From: Reclinomonas americana ATCC 50394
Taxonomy: Eukaryota
Direction of reading: 5' to 3'
NCBI GenBank assembly: GCA_048213135.1
Contig: PS015129.1
Span: 121,898 to 185,897 of the forward strand
DNA length: 64,000 nt
The notes below the pieces were generated by a model. The model ran no database searches and was not told the origin of the DNA. It saw only the letters and a program-made list of their open reading frames with translations. This document shows, piece after piece, positions 11,139-20,969 of the stretch. The position numbers and the translations under genes were made by a program. Each line of letters begins with the position of its first letter. Within the stretch, counting starts at the first letter, position 1.

Positions 11139-12906
11139 TTAGCAGATTTCCATTTGGCTGCAGTTCGAGCCGGTGAATCCGGTATCGCACACGCAGCTGC
11201 CCTTGGCGTCGCAGTTGCCGTGGCTCGAGCAGGTGAGCTCGCGCAGACAGTTGTTGTTGCAGAGCGTGCCGGTGTAGCCACCAGTGCAATCGCAGGTGCC
11301 GCTGGTGGTGCACGAGCCGTGGTTGGAGCAAATCGCTGTCGTGCACTTGACGTTGCACGAGGGGCCGTAGAAGTTGGCACTGCACTCGCAGGCACCGCTG
11401 CTACCGCACTGACCGCGACCCGAGCACGTGGTCTGCGCGACGCACGACACGTTGCACGAGGCACCGTACCAGTTGGAGAAGCAGTCGCAGCTGCCGTTGC
11501 TGCTGTTGCACGAGCCACGTCCGGTGCAGGTGGAGGAGGCAAGGCAGTAGGTGCTGCATGAGGGTCCGTAGTAGTTCGGCTTGCACTGATCGCAGTTGGC
11601 GCCGGTCCAGTTGCCCGAGCACACGCACTGGCCGCTGCTGTTGCACGTACCGTGGCCGTTGCAGGTGGTGGAGGCGTTGCAGTGCACGTTGCAGTTGGCG
11701 CCGTAGTAGTCGGTCTTGCACTGGTTGCACGAGGTGCCGGCAAAGTTGCCACCGCAGACGCACTGACCGCTGCCGTTGCACGAGCCGTGGTTGTTGCAGG
11801 TGGCGGAGGGCTTGCAGAACACGTTGCAGCTGGCGCCGTAGTAGTCGGGCTTGCACTGGTTGCAACCAGCTCCGGCAAAGTTGCCAGTGCAGACGCAGGC
11901 ACCAGAGGTGGGGTTGCACGAGCCGTGACCGTGGCAGGTGGTCGACGCCAGGCAGTAGACGTCACACGCCGCTCCGTAGTAGTTGGCAGTGCACTGGTTG
12001 CAGCTGGCGCCAGTGAAGTTGCCGTCGCACACGCAAGCGCCAGTGACAGCATTGCAGGAACCGTGACCGCTGCAGGTGCTCGATGCCAGGCAGTAGGTCG
12101 CGCACGAGGAGCCGTAGTAGTTCGGCTTGCACTGATCGCAGTTGGCGCCGGTCCAGTTGCCCGAGCACACGCACGAGCCAGTCGCGTCGCACGTGCCATG
12201 GCTGTTGCACGTGATCGAGGCCTGAGGGTGGAGAATAAGAGTTGAGATTATGAAAAGAGCGGACGAAATGCACCAGAGTGCGCACGCACCGAGCAGTACT
12301 GGTTGCACGAGGCACCATAGTAGTCGGAGTTGCACGTGCAACCACCGGCGGCGGCGCATGCGCCGTGGCCGCTGCAGGTGACGGCCGGATCGCAAGTCTT
12401 GTCACAGTTGGGACCGTAGAAGCCACTGATGCACTCGCAGGCACCGGCGGCGTTGCAGGCGCCCTGGTTCGAGCAGGTGCGGACGGGGTGGCAAGTGCAG
12501 AAGGGGCCCGTCCAGCTGCGTACCACAGAAAATGAGCAGCAGGAAGAAGCACGCAGCGATGGAGACAGCTGCACTCAACTTGGCGCAAAAGTTGTCTCCG
12601 CCGACATTGAAGCAGTTGTTCGCGCACTTGCACTTGCCACTCTGGCACGAACCCTGCAATGATGAAGCGAAACGTGAGTTATCCGAACAGCAAGGCGATA
12701 GAAAGCCACGTTTGTTCGCAGTACGCAACATTGGGGTTACATGCGCCCGGGTTGGTGGAGCAGTCTCCGCCTGAACACGCAACAGGTGAGTGGGGAAAGA
12801 TCACGAGAAGATCACTTGTATCAGTGGACCGTTACTGACCTTGGGCGTAGGCCATGCTCGTACACACCGCCAGGGTACATACGACAACGATCAGGAGCTT
12901 CAACAT
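11139..12906 (-). CDS. Secreted EGF/laminin-EGF repeat protein (about 11-12 repeats)
   Basis: Signal peptide MLKLLIVVVCTLAVCTSMAYA. Repeats of TCxxHGxC...GxCxCxxNxxGxxC(xQCxxxYYGxxC). No C-terminal TM segment. Confidence 0.9.
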
Positions 12907-13339
12907 GGGGTTTCGGTTTCCGTTTGTCTCTTTCAATGTCAGCTGCGGATAGGGAGGAGAGTGAGTGTGAGACGAGGGTGAATACCACAATCCACTGGCG
13001 CGTGCCCGAAAAACAAACAAAAGAAACCACACGCCAGGATGCCCCGAACAGAGAGAAAGGCAATCGGGAGTGCGGTGTTTCCCCTCGGGCGCTAACGAGA
13101 AAGAGAAGCAGCATATCTTTCCAAAGCAAGTGCGCGAAGGACAATGTTCAGACGGAGATGCTGATAAGCAGACGAGGCTGGCCGCTCTCTCGATCACACT
13201 GCGCTTACATACGAGCATGCCTCTCTGTTCTTTGCCTTGCACGCTCCCCCTCGCTGTCTGTGGTGTACACTGGTTGTCGTTTCTCACCTCAAGCGCAAGA
13301 AATGCAACGGTCAAAATGCAGGACGCGGACATGCTTTCT

Positions 13340-13636
13340 TCATTCCATCGGTGATATGCCGGCCCTCTCCAGCATGCCCACGGCCATACGTGCATTCTCC
13401 GCGGGCACCTCTCGTAGTGCACGCAAAAATGTCTCCACCACCAGATGCTGACATGCGGCACAACTTCGTTCTTCCGTCGTCGACGTCGGCACTGAACAGA
13501 GATCGCACACGCTCATCTCCTCGTCCATGGCCTCGAAGGCGTGTCGCGTAAAGATGTCTCGCCACTCGTCCAGTGTGCACTGAGTTGGTGGCAGAAGAAG
13601 AGGCAGAAGAGTGAGTGATGGGACACGGAGAGAGAC

Positions 13637-13684
<48 letters not shown>

Positions 13685-14061
13685 GAAGAGAGACTGCACC
13701 TGCATGCGCTGCTTGGCCACCGAGAGCTGGAGGAGCATACTGTGTGCATGATCGACGATTTGGTCAATCGGCGCTTGCGTGGCTCCGTGTTTCTCCAGCA
13801 TCTCTGTTTGTGCAGGGAGTACAGTCATGAGTGTCACGGGTGCGAGCGCGCATGTGTGTGTGTGTGTGTGTGTGCATGCAGAAGCGATGCAGTGACACAA
13901 CTTGTGAACGATACGACAATGGCCTCGAGCTCAGCAGCCGATGCACCGTGCGTGTCTCGCACTGCCGCTGCACGCAGCTCGATGGCCTCATCGCGAGACT
14001 GCGGCACCGCGGAGGACGCCGATCCCGACGACGATGCTCCTTCCTCCTCTGCTCCACTCAT
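13340..14061 (-). CDS. Hypothetical protein with CxxC...CxxC motif
   Basis: Three exons: MSGAEEEGASS..., TEMLEKHG..., CTLDEWRDIF...CDLC...CAAC...ISPME*. Introns carry (CA)n/(CT)n tracts. Confidence 0.55.
13640..13680. repeat. (GA)n microsatellite in intron
   Basis: Perfect GA dinucleotide run. Confidence 0.95.
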
Positions 14062-14228
14062 GCTTGCGATTGACTCAATGCGGACACAATCGTCCCCCTG
14101 GCGATAGACGTCGAGCTCGCTCGCTGAGCAGCTTCGGGCCACGATTAACAACACACCCGTTTTACTTATTACACCCTGTGCGATCGCAGACATTGCTCAC
14201 GAGCAGCGACTATTATGGTACACAACCT

Positions 14229-15301
14229 TCACCTCTTCCAGTCTATCGCTTGCAGCTTCCGTCGCACCCACACCTGCCCGGCCATGTCCAACAGCTCCAC
14301 CTGATCGGCGTACACCGCCAAGAAGCCGTCGATTGCCGGTCGTGGCGTCTTGGTGAGCTCCGTCTCCGCTGTCCACTCGTAATCATCGAACGCCATGACG
14401 CCGCCGGGACGCAGCAGGCGGAACGCCAACACAGCATCCTCCAACACATGCTGCGCGAGATGACTGCCATCCACGTAGATAAAGTCGTACGGCTCGGTGG
14501 GCGGCGAGGCTGCAAGCAGCTGCAACAAGAAATCGAAGCTCGGCATCACGTGGTACCGCACGCGGCCTTGCTCCATGTACGGCGCCAGAGCTCGCCGGAA
14601 ACGCTGCGGGGCCTCACTATACAACGTTTCCATCTCGCCGGCGCCATCCGACGCGAGATCCACACAGTCCATCACCGTTGTCGGGAGCGAGTTCTGCATC
14701 ATCCACAACGCCGAGCGGCCCTCGAAGCTGCCAATCTCCAGAATGCGGTGCGTGCTGTTGAACGGCACATGATCGACAAAGCGCAGACGGAATCCCGACC
14801 ACAGGAACCACGGATGCTCGAACAACTCGTCGGCGGGCGGACTGAAAGGGTACGCAGTGATCGGCACCTCGCGCATGTGTTGCTCACGTTGTATGGCCAG
14901 TGGTGTGGGCGCTGGCGGGAGAGTGCTCAGAATGACGCGATGCACCTGCTGGAGGAGCGCGCAACCGCCGACAGTCTGTGTATGGGCTTCAAGAGAGCTG
15001 ACAAAACGAATGGCTTGTGGAAGAGAGAGTGAGGAATGATGCAATGCACTTGGCGCATTGACACACACACAGGCACACCTGCGAGTCGACTGTCTGCGGC
15101 ACCCTCCAAGTCGATGCGACGTGCGCCACCATCCACAAACACCTCGAGTGCTCTGCCCCGCAGGATGGCACGTTGCAAGTCGGCTGGCGAGTCAGTTGCG
15201 CATCGCTCCCAGTCGATCGCCTTGGCGGAGACGGAGACGACGAACAAGAGGAGGAGGGGAAGAAGAGGGAGAAGGAGACTGCACTGTGATCTCGCTTGCA
15301 T
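14229..15301 (-). CDS. Secreted/luminal class I SAM-dependent methyltransferase (Methyltransf_24-like), copy 1
   Basis: Signal peptide MQARSQCSLLLPLLPLLLLFVVSVSA. Motifs ILEIGSFEGRS and YDFIYVDGSH...LLRPGGVMAFDDY. One intron. Confidence 0.9.
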
Positions 15302-15385
15302 TGCTTGCGATGGATTGATCGCGATCGCGCAGCGGGACAGGATTTTTGGAGTCACGTGCACACGAGCAAGGAGCACGGTAACCGC

Positions 15386-16702
15386 TTATCCCTCCTTCTG
15401 CAACCTCCGTCGCACCCACACCTGCCCTCCCATGTCCAGCAGCTCCACCTGATCGGCATACACTGCCAGGAAGCCGTCGATTGCCGGTCGCGGAGTTCTC
15501 GTCGGCACCGTCTCGGCTGTCCACTCGTAATCGTCGAATGCCATGACGCCGCCGGGACGCAGCAGGCGGAAGGCCAGCACGGCGTCCTCCAACACGTGCT
15601 GCGCGAGATGACTGCCATCCACGTAGATAAAGTCGTACGGCTCGGTGGGTGGCGAAGCGGTGAGAAGTTGCACGAGGAAATCGAAGCTCGGCATCACATG
15701 GTATCGCACGCGGCCCTGCTCCATGTACGGCGCCAGGGCACGACGGAAACGCTGCGGGGCCTCCCGGTACAGCGTGTCGAAACCGCCGTCGCCGTCCGAG
15801 GCGAGGTCCACGCAATCCATCACCGTCGTCGGCAACGAGTTCTGCATCATCCACAGCGCTGAGCGGCCCTCGAAGCTGCCAATCTCCAGAATGCGGTGCG
15901 TGTTGTTGAATGGCACGTGGTCGACGAAGCGCAGGCGGAATCCCGACCAGAGGAACCACGGGTGCTCGAAAAGCTCGTCGGCGGGCGGACTGAAAGGATA
16001 TGCATTGGCTGGCACCTCACGCATGTGTTGCTCACGTTGTATGGCCAGTGGTGTGGGCGCTGGCGAAAGCGTGTTGAGGATGACGTGGTGCACCTGCCGG
16101 AGGAGCTCGCAGCCACCGACGGCCTGCGAGTGGGCGTCGAGAGAGCTGACAAAGCGGATGGCTGGGGGAAGAGANNNNNNNNNNNNNNNNNNNNNNNNNN
16201 NNNNNNNNNNNNNNNNNNNNNNNNNNNNNNNNNNNNNNNNNNNNNNNNNNNNNNNNNNNNNNNNNNNNNNNNNNNNNNNNNNNNNNNNNNNNNNNNNNNN
16301 NNNNNNNNNNNNNNNNNNNNNNNNNNNNNNNNNNNNNNNNNNNNNNNNNNNNNNNNNNNNNNNNNNNNNNNNNNNNNNNNNNNNNGAGAGAGAGAGTGAG
16401 TGTTGGAGAAACGAATTCGAACACACTCCGGATCCATCTGCAGTTGCATTGCGTGGACTGCACAAGCACGCACCCGCGTGTCGAGTGTCTGTGGCACCCT
16501 CCACCTGGATGCGCTGCTCGACGTCATTCAGGTAAAGCCCAATGGTTCTGCCGCGCAGGATGGCGCGGTGCAAGTCGGCTGGTTCGTCAGTTGCGCATTG
16601 CTCCCAATCGATCACCGTGGCGCTGACGGAGGAGAGGAGGGAGGAAAGGAGGAGGAGGAGGGGGAGAAGGAGGAGCAGGACGAGGAGAAGGGGCGCTCGC
16701 AT
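15386..16702 (-). CDS. Secreted/luminal class I SAM-dependent methyltransferase, copy 2
   Basis: Signal peptide MRAPLLLVLLLLL... Catalytic domain is near-identical to copy 1. The intron contains N-gap 16175-16385. Confidence 0.9.
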   Translation of the reverse strand: MRAPLLLVLLLLLPLLLLLSSLLSSVSATVIDWEQCATDEPADLHRAILRGRTIGLYLNDVEQRIQVEGATDTRHAGACLCSPRNATADGSGVCSNSFLQHSLSLXXXXXXXXXXXXXXXXXXXXXXXXXXXXXXXXXXXXXXXXXXXXXXXXXXXXXXXXXXXXXXXXXXXXXXXSLPPAIRFVSSLDAHSQAVGGCELLRQVHHVILNTLSPAPTPLAIQREQHMREVPANAYPFSPPADELFEHPWFLWSGFRLRFVDHVPFNNTHRILEIGSFEGRSALWMMQNSLPTTVMDCVDLASDGDGGFDTLYREAPQRFRRALAPYMEQGRVRYHVMPSFDFLVQLLTASPPTEPYDFIYVDGSHLAQHVLEDAVLAFRLLRPGGVMAFDDYEWTAETVPTRTPRPAIDGFLAVYADQVELLDMGGQVWVRRRLQKEG

Positions 16703-17621
16703 GGCAAAGGGCGACTGTATGTTCGAATATGAAATTTACCGCTTGCATGCAATAAGCAGGCAAGCGTGAACTGCCTGGTTGTCGAGAGGGCTGGCAACAG
16801 TGCCCGCGGTACGTGTGTGAGGATCGCCGGCGAGTGTCATTGCCAGCGCATTGTCGCGCGTGTGAGACAACACATCAATTTCCGAATCCGAACCACGCCC
16901 GACAACTCTCTCTCTCTTTCTCTGGTGCTTGCACCCTCTCCCGTTCTCTGCACATCTCTCCGCCTCTACACGCGCACCAACCGCAGGCAGGTTCGAGGCA
17001 CACGCCCTCGAATTTGCTTTCGATATATCGCAAATCTGTATTCACGCGCATTGCATGATTCGAATCCGGAGTCACACAGCCGCAACACCAGCGCAACAAC
17101 ACGACCGCCCCACATGCACCTCAACACCATCCGCACAACGCGCCTGCCGGCTCCAAACCACGCCCACGTCCGAAAAATCGCTGTTCGCCAAATCCGGCGC
17201 ACGCCTGCACAATGATTTTCTCCCCCTCTCCCGCTCTCTCCAGCACGCGGCGCAGCATCGAAGCACACAGCAAGCACAGCACTTCAACATCGCCCACCGC
17301 GCGCGCCAGCAGGCACGCGAGACACACGCACGCATTCGTCGTCATCAGGAATAATGCACTGCGCTTGATCGTCGCAGATCCGCGCCACCACGCCGCACAC
17401 CCCGTTCCACGAGCACTACTGCGCGCACACACACCCCGTCCCCCTCACCAATACATCCTTCGGCGCGCGAGCACCCCGATTTCTTCGAAGCTTTTTGCCT
17501 TACGCGTCGAGCAGTGGTGGTGTGGTCGATTTCAATCACTCCCTCTCTCTCTCTCTCTTTGCTCCCCGTGCTTTACCTGTCTGCTCTTCTTCTTCTTCTT
17601 CGTCTTCTCTCTGTGTGCGAA

Positions 17622-20600
17622 ATGGATACGCCCACATCCTCATCGTCGCCGAGCGGGTCGCAGCCAAGTTCGCCTGCACAACATCAGCGACGCGCCTATC
17701 AAAAGTTCTCACTGCAACAGGTTTGTGTGTAGGCAGCAGAGAGAGAGACAGAGAGAGTCGGCGAGTGTGTGCGCGCGTGTGTGCTTTTTTGGTCTGACAT
17801 TTTCGCACCTCACACAAAACTCACTCTCTCTCTCTTGTGTGCGTCTCTGCCTGTTGCTGCTGCTTCTCCTTGTACTCCTCTCCTGCACCTCCGCTGATTG
17901 TGTGTGAGAGCGTGTGTGTGTGAGAGTGTGTGAGTGTGTCACTGTGTGTCCGTTTCTTCATATCGATGTCTGTCTTTTTCTTTTTTGACTGCATCAGTTG
18001 TTTTTCCTCGCATTTTGCTCTCTCTCTCACTCTCCTCCATCTGCGCGCCTCACTCTTCCCGCTACGTTCATGGTTAGAGTAGGGTTTGTATGTTGTTGTT
18101 TGATGACTCCCGTTTGTTGTTTCAGCGTGTGCCCTTGAAAGATATCAAAAAACACAGACCTGCTCGGCACACTGCTTGCATGCCTCCCACCTCCCTCTTT
18201 CTTTTTTGCACGCGCGGCTCTCTTAAGCTTTGTCTGTCTGTTAGTCTGCTTTCTTGTGCGTCTTCTGCACACTGGTTTTTCGGGTTCATATCGATATGCC
18301 CGCCGACGGCAAGAATCTTGAGTGTCCGTTCACGCACACACGCACACATGAGCATGCGGCCACATTCGTTCTCCTCCCTCTCTCTCCCCCCTCCCTCCGC
18401 ACTCTCTTCTACGCACACGCACACACTGCAGACGGCATGTATGTGCGCCTTTTTGTCTGATTCGTCTTGTTTTTTGTCTGTTTTTGTCGGTCGCACAGTT
18501 GCACGCGCTGGAGGCGGAGTTTCTCACGAACCCGTACCCGGATCGCAAGCGCAAGCAGGCGCTTGCCGACGAGTTTGCCCGCTCCTTCAGCTCTGTCAGT
18601 GGTACGTCGTCGTTCAGCATTTCCTAATTTGGTCATCGTCTCGCGCATATTGATCGGACACGCACGCCCATTTTTTCTCTCCCCCCCACGCACACGCAGT
18701 GTGGTTTGAGAATCGGAGACGCAAGGAGAAGCGCGATCGCAGCGGCGGAAGCGGCCGGAGCTCGCGTTTCGAGGACGATGATGATGACGAGCAAGGAGTG
18801 CCGGTGGCGGGAGGCGCGCCTCCCCACTCACCGCACATGCTGTCGGTGCAGCGCTCAGTTGCGTCGTTCGCCGTGCATATGTGTGTGGGCGCGCGGGATA
18901 TTTCTGTGGGGGTCCTTGTTCTTTTTCTTTTCCCTTTTTTTCCACGTGTCGTCGGTATTTGTTTTGTCATCGGCTCGCACTACCGTATGGCCGGCCTCCT
19001 CTCCGCGGAGCTGTGTCTTTTTATTCTTCATCAGCGTTTGTCTGTCTTTTTATTTATTCTTTGCTGGTGCCGTGTTATCGGCTCTCGATGTCCGCGTCTC
19101 TCTATTGCTTCGCCGTTCCCGTTTTCACTCCTGCATATCGGTCTCGTGCCGGGTATCTTGTACGCGATTGCTTTTCCACTTTCATGCGCTTGCATGCCGT
19201 CGCACACAATCGTCATGCCTCTCCCCCATCTCCTTTCCCCTTGCTGCAATATTCATCGAACCTCGCACTTTTCGTGGGGTCATTGTCGTCGTTAAAACTC
19301 TGCTGTTTATTGTTGCTGACTTCCCCTGCCAGCGCGCCGGCTCCCTGTCGGTTCCCGCTTCCGGTGCCACATCACCCATTCCACATGCGGCATTTGGCGA
19401 TGCACCGGCACAACACGTGAGTCGACCGTCGCGCCACCGCCGGCGGCTATCACGAACCGCAGCATCGTCTCCTGTGCCCGGCGACGGTGACGACGACGAC
19501 GACAACATGACGAATGGCGGTGGTCGCCGGCGACGCTACGTCTCGCGTCTCGATCTGTTGGACCACGTGGGTGTGGTGGACGACGAGGACGAAGACGATG
19601 CGTTCCCCGACGACGACGGTTCCATGTACGTGGACGGTGTGCCGGCGGCCTCGCAGGCGAGCCTGCGGCAGTCGGCGCGACAGCGCTCCCGCCCCACAAT
19701 GATGGTGACGGACGAGCAGGAGATTGCCGACGCCGGCGAGTACGACGATCCAACGGACTTTACCGGCATGCAGCATGACAGTGACGGCGAGTATGTGCAA
19801 CACGGCACGGGTGCGCGCGGCCGAAGCGGTGGCGTCGCGTCGTCGCGTCGTCGCGCCGCCGTGTCTGCCAAGAAGCCGTTGACGAGTCGTGTGTCGCCCT
19901 CGATGATGCAGCAGCGGTCGGCCGCAATGCGCGGACCGCGCTCGGTCAGCGGCGATACCGACATGTCGTCGGCCACATTCGTGGTGCCGTCGCACCTGCG
20001 TCAGTTGCCCTTTTTGGATCCGTCGTCGGCCTCGTACAGCGATGCGGCCAGCAGCAGGAGTGCGCTCTCGCCAGCCACGCCCAACTCGGTCCTTCGCCGA
20101 CCGCTCGACTCGGAGCTGCACTCGGCGTTGCAGGCGTTGCTGTCGCTCTCCAGTTCTCGCGAGGTCCCAGACTTTGCCACGCCTCTTCAGCAGCAGCAAC
20201 AACAACAACAACAACAACAGAAGAGGGCGCCACCGCCGACCATTGTCACTACCAAGTCGGAGGAGGTGGAGCGCGAGTTGTTGTTGCCGCCGCTGCCACC
20301 CATTGGCGACTCGTTTGCCTCAGCGCAGCTGTCCAAGCCGTTTGGGTTGAACTCGCAGACCACCTCGTCGCCTCCGCTCTTGCCGTCAATTTCTCAACAG
20401 CTGGCTGCTGCCGTGGCCGCCGCCAATGCCGCGTCGTCGCCGGCTGCTCGGTACGCCGCCATTGCAGGCTACGACCCAATGCTCCTGTTGCCGCCACCGT
20501 TGCCGTCTCCGCCCCGCGTCGGTTTCGGCTCGCCCTTTTCCACTTTCTCCGCACCCTCTACGGCACAGCTGCTACACTCGACGCCAACCACAGCAACAAT

Positions 20601-20679
20601 GATGGCGGCTGCCAATGGCGGCCAGCCACGCAGCCCACTGCTGCACGCGGCGTCCACCGCCAACGCCATGATGATGTAG
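17622..20679 (+). CDS. Homeodomain transcription factor (non-TALE, 60-aa homeodomain)
   Basis: Exons 17622-17720, 18499-18601, 18700-18845 and 19333-20679. Spliced homeodomain QRRAYQKFSLQQLHALEAEFLTNPYPDRKRKQALADEFARSFSSVSVWFENRRRKEKRDR. Poly-Q/Pro/Ser C-terminus. Confidence 0.9.
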
Positions 20680-20837
20680 AGAGCCTCTCGTTGTTTATAG
20701 TTTTCGTGTTCAAATTTTTCTGCATAGGGCTGGCCCGTGCGTGCGCTCGTCGCCGCCGGTGCCACCACAGCCATCCTTGTTTTCGTTTGCGACAGATAGT
20801 GTAATCGCGTTTCAATCTACTTTCTGCCACACGCCTG

Positions 20838-20909
20838 CCATTCCTCGTGTCGTCGGGAGCGGAAACAAATGCCACACCATCCCTCGTGTCGTCCGGAGCG
20901 GAAACAAAG
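20838..20909. repeat. Two-copy direct repeat (39-bp period) upstream of the kinase-EEP start
   Basis: CCATYCCTCGTGTCGTCSGGAGCGGAAACAAA at 20838 and 20877. Confidence 0.85.
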
Positions 20910-20969
20910 TCGCCATCGTCCTGTTTGGCCGTGTTTGTCATTATATCATAAATTGCCGTGACCACACAA

